Shown here one piece after another: positions 38,330 through 52,060 of a DNA stretch of 64,000 nucleotides. Every line of letters starts with the position of its first letter. Position 1 is the first letter of the stretch. The stretch is from contig JBHGNT010000025.1 of NCBI GenBank assembly GCA_043228905.1, positions 62,001 through 126,000 on the forward strand, read 5' to 3'. The translations under genes were made by a program, and so were the position numbers. The DNA comes from Azolla caroliniana. Its lineage: Eukaryota > Plantae > Polypodiophyta. The notes beneath the pieces were generated by a model. That model did not search any database. It saw only the letters and a list, made by a program, of their open reading frames with translations, and was not told where the DNA came from.

Positions 38330-41300
38330 TCGGATTTTTGTGTTCAAACATGCGAATCGAAGCTAACAACGCTAGCTATGACATGGTATTAAAAAATCAA
38401 GATTTTGAAACTCAGGTCGAGAGATATGAAGAAATTACCTACTTTGAGGAGGGAGTTGAGAGGAGCCCTTGAGTAAATTAAAATGTTCATACCTGGCTCG
38501 TGTGATATCGGATTTTTGTGTTCAAACATGCGAATCGAAGCTCACAACGCTAGCTATGATATGGTATTAAAAAATCATGATTTTGAAATTGAGGTCGAGA
38601 GACATGAAGAAATTAGCAATCTTGAGGAGGGACTTGAGAGGAGCCCTTGAGTACATTAAAATGTTCATACCTGGCGCGTGTGATATCGGATTTTTGTGTT
38701 CAAACATGCGAATCGAAGCTAACAACGCTAGCTATGACATGGTATTAAAAAATCAAGATTTTGAAACTCAGGTCGAGAGATATGAAGAAATTAGCAATCT
38801 TGAGGAGGGAGTTGACAGGAGCCCTTGAGTACATTAAAATGTTCATACCTGGCGCGTGTGATATCGGATTTTTGTGTTCAAACATGCGAATCGAAGCTCA
38901 CAACGCTAGCTATGATATGGTTTTAAAAAATCATGATTTTGAAATTGAGGTCGAGAGACATATCGAAATTAGCAATCTTGAGGAGGAAGTTGAAAGGAGC
39001 CCTTGAGTACATTAAAATGTTCATACCTGGCTCGTGTGATATCGGATTTTTGTGTTCAAACATGTGAATCGCAGCTAACAACGCTAGCTATGACATGGTA
39101 TTAAGAAATCAAGATTTTGAAACTCAGGTCGAGAGATATTACGAAATTACCTACTTTGAGGAGGGAGTTGAGACGACCTAGTAGGTAAATTAAAATGTTC
39201 ATACCTGGCTCGTGTGATATCGGATTTTTGTGTTCAAACATGCGAATCAAAGCTAACAATGCTAGCTATGATATGGAACTAAAAAATCAAGATTTTGAAA
39301 CTCAGGTCGAGAGATATGAAGAAATTAGCAATCTTGAGGAGGGAGTTGAGAGGAGCCCTTGAGTACATTAAAATGTTCATACCTGGCGCGTGTGATATCG
39401 GATTTTTGTGTTCAAACATGCGAATCGAAGCTAACAATGCTAGCTATTATATGGAACTAAAAAATCAAGATTTTGAAACTCAGGTCGAGAGATATGAAGA
39501 AATTAGCAATCTTGAGGAGGGAGTTGAGAGGAGCCCTTGAGTACATTAAAATGTTCATACCTGGCGCGTGTGATATCGTATTTTTGTGTTAAAACATGCG
39601 AATCGAAGCTCACAACGCTAGCTATGATATGGTATTAAAAAATCATGATTTTGAAATTGAGGTCGAGAGACATGAAGAAATTAGCAATCTTGAGGAGGGA
39701 GTTGAGAGGAGCCCTTGAGTACATTAAAATGTTCATACCTGGCACGTGTGATATCGGATTTTTGTGTTCAAACATGCGAATCGAAGCTAACAATGCTAGC
39801 TATGATATGGTATTAAAAAATCATGATTTTGAAATTGAGGTCGAGAGACATGAAGAAATTAGCAATCTTGAGGAGGGAGTTGAGAGGAGCCCTTGAGTAC
39901 ATTAAAATGTTCATACCTGGCGCGTGTGATATCGGATTTTTGTGTTCAAACATGCGAATCGAAGCTCACAACGCTAGCTATGATATGGTATTAAAAAATC
40001 ATGATTTTGAAATTGAGGTCGAGAGACATGAAGAAATTAGCAATCTTGAGGAGGGAGTTGAGAGGAGCCCTTGAGTACATTAAAATGTTCATACCTGGCG
40101 CGTGTGATATCGGATTTTTGTGTTCAAACATGCGAATCGAAGCTAACAACGCTAGCTATGACATGGTATTAAAAAATCAAGATTTTGAAACTCAGGTCGA
40201 GAGATATGAAGAAATTACCTACTTTGAGGAGGGAGTTGAGAGGAGCCCTTGAGTAAATTAAAATGTTCATACCTGGCTCGTGTGATATCGGATTTTTGTG
40301 TTCAAACATGCGAATCGAAGCTCACAACGCTAGCTATGATATGGTATTAAAAAATCATGATTTTGAAATTGAGGTCGAGAGACATGAAGAAATTAGCAAT
40401 CTTGAGGAGGGACTTGAGAGGAGCCCTTGAGTACATTAAAATGTTCATACCTGGCGCGTGTGATATCGGATTTTTGTGTTCAAACATGCGAATCGAAGCT
40501 AACAACGCTAGCTATGACATGGTATTAAAAAATCAAGATTTTGAAACTCAGGTCGAGAGATATGAAGAAATTAGCAATCTTGAGGAGGGAGTTGACAGGA
40601 GCCCTTGAGTACATTAAAATGTTCATACCTGGCGCGTGTGATATCGGATTTTTGTGTTCAAACATGCGAATCGAAGCTCACAACGCTAGCTATGATATGG
40701 TTTTAAAAAATCATGATTTTGAAATTGAGGTCGAGAGACATATCGAAATTAGCAATCTTGAGGAGGAAGTTGAAAGGAGCCCTTGAGTACATTAAAATGT
40801 TCATACCTGGCTCGTGTGATATCGGATTTTTGTGTTCAAACATGTGAATCGCAGCTAACAACGCTAGCTATGACATGGTATTAAGAAATCAAGATTTTGA
40901 AACTCAGGTCGAGAGATATTACGAAATTACCTACTTTGAGGAGGGAGTTGAGACGACCTAGTAGGTAAATTAAAATGTTCATACCTGGCTCGTGTGATAT
41001 CGGATTTTTGTGTTCAAACATGCGAATCAAAGCTAACAATGCTAGCTATGATATGGAACTAAAAAATCAAGATTTTGAAACTCAGGTCGAGAGATATGAA
41101 GAAATTAGCAATCTTGAGGAGGGAGTTGAGAGGAGCCCTTGAGTACATTAAAATGTTCATACCTGGCGCGTGTGATATCGGATTTTTGTGTTCAAACATG
41201 CGAATCGAAGCTAACAATGCTAGCTATTATATGGAACTAAAAAATCAAGATTTTGAAACTCAGGTCGAGAGATATGAAGAAATTAGCAATCTTGAGGAGG

Positions 41301-44300
41301 GAGTTGAGAGGAGCCCTTGAGTACATTAAAATGTTCATACCTGGCGCGTGTGATATCGTATTTTTGTGTTAAAACATGCGAATCGAAGCTCACAACGCTA
41401 GCTATGATATGGTATTAAAAAATCATGATTTTGAAATTGAGGTCGAGAGACATGAAGAAATTAGCAATCTTGAGGAGGGAGTTGAGAGGAGCCCTTGAGT
41501 ACATTAAAATGTTCATACCTGGCACGTGTGATATCGGATTTTTGTGTTCAAACATGCGAATCGAAGCTAACAATGCTAGCTATGATATGGTATTAAAAAA
41601 TCATGATTTTGAAATTGAGGTCGAGAGACATGAAGAAATTAGCAATCTTGAGGAGGGAGTTGAGAGGAGCCCTTGAGTACATTAAAATGTTCATACCTGG
41701 CGCGTGTGATATCGGATTTTTGTGTTCAAACATGCGAATCGAAGCTCACAACGCTAGCTATGATATGGTATTAAAAAATCATGATTTTGAAATTGAGGTC
41801 GAGAGACATGAAGAAATTAGCAATCTTGAGGAGGGAGTTGAGAGGAGCCCTTGAGTACATTAAAATGTTCATACCTGGCGCGTGTGATATCGGATTTTTG
41901 TGTTCAAACATGCGAATCGAAGCTAACAACGCTAGCTATGACATGGTATTAAAAAATCAAGATTTTGAAACTCAGGTCGAGAGATATGAAGAAATTACCT
42001 ACTTTGAGGAGGGAGTTGAGAGGAGCCCTTGAGTAAATTAAAATGTTCATACCTGGCTCGTGTGATATCGGATTTTTGTGTTCAAACATGCGAATCGAAG
42101 CTCACAACGCTAGCTATGATATGGTATTAAAAAATCATGATTTTGAAATTGAGGTCGAGAGACATGAAGAAATTAGCAATCTTGAGGAGGGACTTGAGAG
42201 GAGCCCTTGAGTACATTAAAATGTTCATACCTGGCGCGTGTGATATCGGATTTTTGTGTTCAAACATGCGAATCGAAGCTAACAACGCTAGCTATGACAT
42301 GGTATTAAAAAATCAAGATTTTGAAACTCAGGTCGAGAGATATGAAGAAATTAGCAATCTTGAGGAGGGAGTTGAGAGGAGCCCTTGAGTACATTAAAAT
42401 GTTCATACCTGGCGCGTGTGATATCGGATTTTTGTGTTCAAACATGCGAATCGAAGCTCACAACGCTAGCTATGATATGGTTTTAAAAAATCATGATTTT
42501 GAAATTGAGGTCGAGAGACATATCGAAATTAGCAATCTTGAGGAGGAAGTTGAAAGGAGCCCTTGAGTACATTAAAATGTTCATACCTGGCTCGTGTGAT
42601 ATCGGATTTTTGTGTTCAAACATGTGAATCGCAGCTAACAACGCTAGCTATGACATGGTATTAAGAAATCAAGATTTTGAAACTCAGGTCGAGAGATATT
42701 ACGAAATTACCTACTTTGAGGAGGGAGTTGAGACGACCTAGTAGGTAAATTAAAATGTTCATACCTGGCTCGTGTGATATCGGATTTTTGTGTTCAAACA
42801 TGCGAATCAAAGCTAACAATGCTAGCTATGATATGGAACTAAAAAATCAAGATTTTGAAACTCAGGTCGAGAGATATGAAGAAATTAGCAATCTTGAGGA
42901 GGGAGTTGAGAGGAGCCCTTGAGTACATTAAAATGTTCATACCTGGCGCGTGTGATATCGGATTTTTGTGTTCAAACATGCGAATCGAAGCTAACAATGC
43001 TAGCTATTATATGGAACTAAAAAATCAAGATTTTGAAACTCAGGTCGAGAGATATGAAGAAATTAGCAATCTTGAGGAGGGAGTTGAGAGGAGCCCTTGA
43101 GTACATTAAAATGTTCATACCTGGCGCGTGTGATATCGTATTTTTGTGTTAAAACATGCGAATCGAAGCTCACAACGCTAGCTATGATATGGTATTAAAA
43201 AATCATGATTTTGAAATTGAGGTCGAGAGACATGAAGAAATTAGCAATCTTGAGGAGGGAGTTGAGAGGAGCCCTTGAGTACATTAAAATGTTCATACCT
43301 GGCACGTGTGATATCGGATTTTTGTGTTCAAACATGCGAATCGAAGCTAACAATGCTAGCTATGATATGGTATTAAAAAATCATGATTTTGAAATTGAGG
43401 TCGAGAGACATGAAGAAATTAGCAATCTTGAGGAGGGAGTTGAGAGGAGCCCTTGAGTACATTAAAATGTTCATACCTGGCGCGTGTGATATCGGATTTT
43501 TGTGTTCAAACATGCGAATCGAAGCTCACAACGCTAGCTATGATATGGTATTAAAAAATCATGATTTTGAAATTGAGGTCGAGAGACATGAAGAAATTAG
43601 CAATCTTGAGGAGGGAGTTGAGAGGAGCCCTTGAGTACATTAAAATGTTCATACCTGGCGCGTGTGATATCGGATTTTTGTGTTCAAACATGCGAATCGA
43701 AGCTAACAACGCTAGCTATGACATGGTATTAAAAAATCAAGATTTTGAAACTCAGGTCGAGAGATATGAAGAAATTACCTACTTTGAGGAGGGAGTTGAG
43801 AGGAGCCCTTGAGTAAATTAAAATGTTCATACCTGGCTCGTGTGATATCGGATTTTTGTGTTCAAACATGCGAATCGAAGCTCACAACGCTAGCTATGAT
43901 ATGGTATTAAAAAATCATGATTTTGAAATTGAGGTCGAGAGACATGAAGAAATTAGCAATCTTGAGGAGGGACTTGAGAGGAGCCCTTGAGTACATTAAA
44001 ATGTTCATACCTGGCGCGTGTGATATCGGATTTTTGTGTTCAAACATGCGAATCGAAGCTAACAACGCTAGCTATGACATGGTATTAAAAAATCAAGATT
44101 TTGAAACTCAGGTCGAGAGATATGAAGAAATTAGCAATCTTGAGGAGGGAGTTGAGAGGAGCCCTTGAGTACATTAAAATGTTCATACCTGGCGCGTGTG
44201 ATATCGGATTTTTGTGTTCAAACATGCGAATCGAAGCTCACAACGCTAGCTATGATATGGTTTTAAAAAATCATGATTTTGAAATTGAGGTCGAGAGACA

Positions 44301-44930
44301 TATCGAAATTAGCAATCTTGAGGAGGAAGTTGAAAGGAGCCCTTGAGTACATTAAAATGTTCATACCTGGCTCGTGTGATATCGGATTTTTGTGTTCAAA
44401 CATGTGAATCGCAGCTAACAACGCTAGCTATGACATGGTATTAAGAAATCAAGATTTTGAAACTCAGGTCGAGAGATATTACGAAATTACCTACTTTGAG
44501 GAGGGAGTTGAGACGACCTAGTAGGTAAATTAAAATGTTCATACCTGGCTCGTGTGATATCGGATTTTTGTGTTCAAACATGCGAATCAAAGCTAACAAT
44601 GCTAGCTATGATATGGAACTAAAAAATCAAGATTTTGAAACTCAGGTCGAGAGATATGAAGAAATTAGCAATCTTGAGGAGGGAGTTGAGAGGAGCCCTT
44701 GAGTACATTAAAATGTTCATACCTGGCGCGTGTGATATCGGATTTTTGTGTTCAAACATGCGAATCGAAGCTAACAATGCTAGCTATTATATGGAACTAA
44801 AAAATCAAGATTTTGAAACTCAGGTCGAGAGATATGAAGAAATTAGCAATCTTGAGGAGGGAGTTGAGAGGAGCCCTTGAGTACATTAAAATGTTCATAC
44901 CTGGCGCGTGTGATATCGTATTTTTGTGTT
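38330..44930 (+). repeat. 10-mer higher-order repeat (1780 bp, about 3.7 copies), near-identical copies
   Basis: GGACTTGAG at about 38630/40410/42190/43970; GTGTTAAAAC at about 39586/41366/43146; GGCACG at 39741/41521/43301. Confidence 0.96.
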
Positions 44931-45999
44931 CAAACATGCGAATCGAAGCTAACAACACTAGCTATTCTATGGAACTAAAAAATCAAGATTTTGAAACTCA
45001 GGTCGAGAGATATGAAGAAATTAGCAATCTTGAGGAGGGAGTTGAGAGGAGCCCTTGAGTAAATTAAAATGTTCATACCTGGCTCGTGTGATATCGGATT
45101 TTTGTGTTCAAACATGCGAATCGAAGCTCACAACGCTAGCTATGATATGGTATTAAAAAATCATGATTTTGAAATTGAGGTCGAGAGACATGAAGAAATT
45201 AGCAATCTTGAGGAGGGAGTTGAGAGGAGCCCTTGAGTACATTAAAATGTTCATACCTGGCACGTGTGATATCGGATTTTTGTGTTCAAACATGCGAATC
45301 GAAGCTAACAATGCTAGCTATTATATGGAACTAAAAAATCAAGATTTTGAAACTCAGGTCGAGAGATATGAAGAAATTAGCAATCTTGAGGAGGGAGTTG
45401 AGAGGAGCACTTGAGTAAATTAAAATGTTCATACCTGGCTCGTGTGATATCGGATTTTTGTGTTCAAACATGCGAATCGAAGCTCACAACGCTAGCTATG
45501 ATATGGTATTAAAAAATCATGATTTTGAAATTGAGGTCGAGAGACATGAAGAAATTAGCAATCATCAGGAGGGAGTTGAGAGGAGCCCTTGAGTACATTA
45601 AAATGTTCATACGTGGCGCGTGTGATATCGGATTTTTGTGTTCAAACATGCGAATCGAAGCTAACAACGCTAGCTATGACATGGTATTAAAAAATCAAGA
45701 TTTTGAAACTCAGGTCGAGAGATATGAAGAAATTACCTACTTTGAGGAGGGAGTTGAGAGGAGCCCTTGAGTAAATTAAAATGTTCATACCTGGCTCGTG
45801 TGATATCGGATTTTTGTGTTCAAACATGCGAATCGAAGCTCACAACGCTAGCTATGATATGGTATTAAAAAATCATGATTTTGAAATTGAGGTCGAGAGA
45901 CATGAAGAAATTAGCAATCTTGAGGAGGGACTTGAGAGGAGCCCTTGAGTACATTAAAATGTTCATACCTGGCTCGTGTGATATCGGATTTTTGTGTTC

Positions 46000-48900
46000 A
46001 AACATGCGAATCGAAGCTAACAATGCTAGCTATTATATGGAACTAAAAAATCAAGATTTTGAAACTCAGGTCGAGAGATATGAAGAAATTAGCAATCTTG
46101 AGGAGGGAGTTGAGAGGAGCCCTTGAGTACATTAAAATGTTCATACCTGGCGCGTGTGATATCGGATTTTTGTGTTCAAACATGCGAATCGAAGCTAACA
46201 ACACTAGCTATTCTATGGAATTAAAAAATCAAGATTTTGAAACTCAGGTCGAGAGATATGAAGAAATTAGCAATCTTGAGGAGGGAGTTGAGAGGAGCCC
46301 TTGAGTACATTAAAATGTTCATACCTGGCGCGTGTGATATCGTATTTTTGTGTTCAAACATGCGAATCGAAGCTAACAACACTAGCTATTCTATGGAACT
46401 AAAAAATCAAGATTTTGAAACTCAGGTCGAGAGATAGATATGAAGAAATTAGCAATCTTGAAGAGGGAGTTGAGAGGAGCCCTTGAGTAAATTAAAATGT
46501 TCATACCTGGCTCGTGTGATATCGGATTTTTGTGTTCAAACATGCGAATCGAAGCTCACAACGCTAGCTATGATATGGTATTAAAAAATCATGATTTTGA
46601 AATTGAGGTCGAGAGACATGAAGAAATTAGCAATCTTGAGGAGGGAGTTGAGAGGAACCCTTGAGTACATTAAAATGTTCATACCTGGCACGTGTGATAT
46701 CGGATTTTTGTGTTCAAACATGCGAATCGAAGCTAACAATGCTAGCTATTATATGGAACTAAAAAATCAAGATTTTGAAACTCAGGTCGAGAGATATGAA
46801 GAAATTAGCAATCTTGAGGAGGGAGTTGAGAGGAGCACTTGAGTATATTAAAATGTTTATACCTGGCTCGTGTGATATCGGATTTTTGTGTTCAAACATG
46901 CGAATCGAAGCTAATCACGCTAGCTATGACATGTTATTAAAAAATCAAGATTTTGAAACTCAGGTAGAGAGACATGACGAAATTACCTAATTTGAGGAGT
47001 GAGTTGAGAGGAGCCCTTGGGTACATTACAATGTTCATACCTGGCTCGTGTGATATCGGATTTTTGTGTTCAAACATGCGAATCGAAGCTAACAATGCTA
47101 GCTATTATATGGAACTAAAAAATCAAGATTTTGAAACTCAGGTCGAGAGATATGAAGAAATTAGCAATCTTGAGGAGGGAGTTGAGAGGAGCCCTTGAGT
47201 ACATTAAAATGTTCATACCTGGCACGTGTGATATCGGATTTTTGTGTTCAAACATGCGAATCGAAGCTAACAATGCTAGCTATTCTATGGTATTAAAAAA
47301 TCATGATTTTGAAATTGAGGTCGAGAGACATGAAGAAATTAGCAATCTTGAGGAGGGAGTTGAGAGGAGCCCTTGAGTACATTAAAATGTTCATACCTGG
47401 CGCGTGTGATATCGGATTTTTGTGTTCAAACATGCGAATCGAAGCTAACAATGCTAGCTATTATATGGAACTAAAAAATCAAGATTTTGAAACTCAGGTC
47501 GAGAGATATAAAGAAATTAGCAATCTTGAGGAGGGAGTTGACAGGAGCCCTTGAGTACATTAAAATGTTCATACCAGGCGCGTGTGATATCGGATTTTTG
47601 TGTTCAAACATGCGAATCGAAGCTAACAATGCTAGCTATTATATGGAACTAAAAAATCAAGATTTTGAAACTCAGGTCGAGAGATATAAAGAAATTAGCA
47701 ATCTTGAGGAGGGAGTTGACAGGAGCCCTTGAGTACATTAAAATGTTCATACCTGGCGCGTGTGATATCGGATTTTTGTGTTCAAACATGCGAATCGAAG
47801 CTAACAACGCTAGCTATGACATGGAACTAAAAAATCAAGATTTTGAAACTCAGGTCGAGAGATATGAAGAAATTAGCAATCTTGAGGAGGGAGTTGAGAG
47901 GAGCCCTTGAGTAAATTAAAATGTTCATACCTGGCTCGTGTGATATCGGATTTTTGTGTTCAAACATGCGAATCGAAGCTCACAACGCTAGCTATGATAT
48001 GGTAGTAAAAAATCATGATTTTGAAATTGAGGTCGAGAGACATGAAGAAATTAGCAATCTTGAGGAGGGAGTTGAGAGGAGCCCTTGAGTACATTAAAAT
48101 GTTCATACCTGGCGCGTGTGATATCGGATTTTTGTGATCAAACATGCGAATCGAAGCTAACAACGCTAGCTATGACATGGTATTAAAAAATCAAGATTTT
48201 GAAACTCAGGTCGAGAGATATGAAGAAATTAGCAATCTTGAGGAGGGAGTTGAGAGGAGCCCTTGAGTACATTAAAATGTTCATACCTGGCGCGTGTGAT
48301 ATCGGATTTTTGTGTTCAAACATGCGAATCGAAGCTCACAACGCTAGCTATGATATGGTTTTAAAAAATCATGATTTTGAAATTGAGGTCGAGAGACATA
48401 TCGAAATTAGCAATCTTGAGGAGGAAGTTGAAAGGAGCCCTTGAGTACATTAAAATGTTCATACCTGGCTCGTGTGATATCGGATTTTTGTGTTCAAACA
48501 TGCGAATCGAAGCTAATCACGCTAGCTATGACATGTTATTAAAAAATCAAGATTTTGAAACTCAGGTAGAGAGACATGACGAAATTACCTAATTTGAGGA
48601 GTGAGTTGAGAGGAGCCCTTGGGTACATTACAATGTTCATACCTGGCTCGTGTGATATCGGATTTTTGTGTTCAAACATGCGAATCAAGCTAACAACGCT
48701 AGCTATTATATGGAACTAAAAAATCAAGATTTTGAAACTCAGGTCGAGAGATATGAAGAAATTAGCAATCTTGAGGAGGGAGTTGAGAGGAGCCCTTGAG
48801 TACATTAAAATGTTCATACCTGGCGCGTGTGATATCGGATTTTTGTGTTCAAACATGCGAATCGAAGCTAACAATGCTAGCTATTATATGGAACTAAAAA

Positions 48901-51900
48901 ATCAAGATTTTGAAACTCAGGTCGAGAGATATGAAGAAATTAGCAATCTTGAGGAGGGAGTTGAGAGGAGCCCTTGAGTACATTAAAATGTTCATACCTG
49001 GCGCGTGTGATATCGGATTTTTGTGTTCAAACATGCGAATCGAAGCTCACAACGCTAGCTATGATATGGTTTTAAAAAATCATGATTTTGAAATTGAGGT
49101 CGAGAGACATATCGAAATTAGCAATCTTGAGGAGGGAGTTGAGAGGAGCACTTGAGTATATTAAAATGTTTATACCTGGCTCGTGTGATATCGGATTTTT
49201 GTGTTCAAACATGCGAATCGAAGCTAATCACGCTAGCTATGACATGTTATTAAAAAATCAAGATTTTGAAACTCAGGTCGAGAGACATGACGAAATTACC
49301 TAATTTGAGGACTGAGTTGAGACGACCTAGTAGGTAAATTAAAATGTTCATACCTGGCTCGTGTGATATCGGATTTTTGTGTTCAAACATGCGAATCAAG
49401 CTAACAACGCTAGCTATTATATGGAACTAAAAAATCAAGATTTTGAAACTCAGGTCGAGAGATATGAAGAAATTAGCAATCTTGAGGAGGGAGTTGAGAG
49501 GAGCCCTTGAGTACATTAAAATGTTCATACCTGGCGCGTGTGATATTGGATTTTTGTGTTCAAACATGCGAATCGAAGCTAACAATGCTAGCTATTATAT
49601 GGAACTAAAAAATCAAGATTTTGAAACTCAGGTCGAGAGATATGAAGAAATTAGCAATCTTGAGGAGGGAGTTGAGAGGAGCCCTTGAGTACATTAAAAT
49701 GTTCATACCTGGCGCGTGTGATATCGGATTTTTGTGTTCAAACATGCGAATCGAAGCTAACAACACTAGCTATTCTATGGAACTAAAAAATCAAGATTTT
49801 GAAACTCAGGTCGAGAGATATGAAGAAATTAGCAATGTTGAGGAGGGAGTTGAGAGGAGCCCTTGAGTACATTAAAATGTTCATACCTGGCGCGTGTGAT
49901 ATCGTATTTTTGTGTTCAAACATGCGAATCGAAGCTAACAACACTAGCTATTCTATGGAACTAAAAAATCAAGATTTTGAAACTCAGGTCGAGAGATAGA
50001 TATGAAGAAATTAGCAATCTTGAGGAGGGAGTTGAGAGGAGCCCTTGAGTAAATTAAAATGTTCATACCTGGCTCGTGTGATATCGGATTTTTGTGTTCA
50101 AACATGCGAATCGAAGCTCACAACGCTAGCTATGATATGGTATTAAAAAATCATGATTTTGAAATTGAGGTCGAGAGACATGAAGAAATTAGCAATCTTG
50201 AGGAGGGAGTTGAGAGGAACCCTTGAGTACATTAAAATGTTCATACCTGGCACGTGTGATATCGGATTTTTGTGTTCAAACATGCGAATCGAAGCTAACA
50301 ATGCTAGCTATTATATGGAACTAAAAAATCAAGATTTTGAAACTCAGGTCGAGAGATATGAAGAAATTAGCAATCTTGAGGAGGGAGTTGAGAGGAGCAC
50401 TTGAGTATATTAAAATGTTTATACCTGGCTCGTGTGATATCGGATTTTTGTGTTCAAACATGCGAATCGAAGCTAATCACGCTAGCTATGACATGTTATT
50501 AAAAAATCAAGATTTTGAAACTCAGGTAGAGAGACATGACGAAATTACCTAATTTGAGGAGTGAGTTGAGAGGAGCCCTTGGGTACATTACAATGTTCAT
50601 ACCTGGCTCGTGTGATATCGGATTTTTGTGTTCAAACATGCGAATCGAAGCTAACAATGCTAGCTATTATATGGAACTAAAAAATCAAGATTTTGAAACT
50701 CAGGTCGAGAGATATGAAGAAATTAGCAATCTTGAGGAGGGAGTTGAGAGGAGCCCTTGAGTACATTAAAATGTTCATACCTGGCACGTGTGATATCGGA
50801 TTTTTGTGTTCAAACATGCGAATCGAAGCTAACAATGCTAGCTATTCTATGGTATTAAAAAATCATGATTTTGAAATTGAGGTCGAGAGACATGAAGAAA
50901 TTAGCAATCTTGAGGAGGGAGTTGAGAGGAGCCCTTGAGTACATTAAAATGTTCATACCTGGCGCGTGTGATATCGGATTTTTGTGTTCAAACATGCGAA
51001 TCGAAGCTAACAATGCTAGCTATTATATGGAACTAAAAAATCAAGATTTTGAAACTCAGGTCGAGAGATATAAAGAAATTAGCAATCTTGAGGAGGGAGT
51101 TGACAGGAGCCCTTGAGTACATTAAAATGTTCATACCAGGCGCGTGTGATATCGGATTTTGGTGTTCAAACATGCGAATCGAAGCTAACAATGCTAGCTA
51201 TTATATGGAACTAAAAAATCAAGATTTTGAAACTCAGGTCGAGAGATATAAAGAAATTAGCAATCTTGAGGAGGGAGTTGACAGGAGCCCTTGAGTACAT
51301 TAAAATGTTCATACCTGGCGCGTGTGATATCGGATTTTTGTGTTCAAACATGCGAATCGAAGCTAACAACGCTAGCTATGACATGGAACTAAAAAATCAA
51401 GATTTTGAAACTCAGGTCGAGAGATATGAAGAAATTAGCAATCTTGAGGAGGGAGTTGAGAGGAGCCCTTGAGTAAATTAAAATGTTCATACCTGGCTCG
51501 TGTGATATCGGATTTTTGTGTTCAAACATGCGAATCGAAGCTCACAACGCTAGCTATGATATGGTATTAAAAAATCATGATTTTGAAATTGAGGTCGAGA
51601 GACATGAAGAAATTAGCAATCTTGAGGAGGGAGTTGAGAGGAGCCCTTGAGTACATTAAAATGTTCATACCTGGCGCGTGTGATATCGGATTTTTGTGAT
51701 CAAACATGCGAATCGAAGCTAACAACGCTAGCTATGACATGGTATTAAAAAATCAAGATTTTGAAACTCAGGTCGAGAGATATGAAGAAATTAGCAATCT
51801 TGAGGAGGGAGTTGAGAGGAGCCCTTGAGTACATTAAAATGTTCATACCTGGCGCGTGTGATATCGGATTTTTGTGTTCAAACATGCGAATCGAAGCTCA

Positions 51901-52060
51901 CAACGCTAGCTATGATATGGTTTTAAAAAATCATGATTTTGAAATTGAGGTCGAGAGACATATCGAAATTAGCAATCTTGAGGAGGAAGTTGAAAGGAGC
52001 CCTTGAGTACATTAAAATGTTCATACCTGGCTCGTGTGATATCGGATTTTTGTGTTCAAA
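46000..52060 (+). repeat. Block duplication with 20-monomer offset (3562 bp): about 46000-48500 = about 49560-52060
   Basis: GATA insertion at 46437/49999; the GAGGAACCC, ATACCAGG and TGTGATCAAA markers are all at +3562 (20x178+4-2). Confidence 0.92.
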
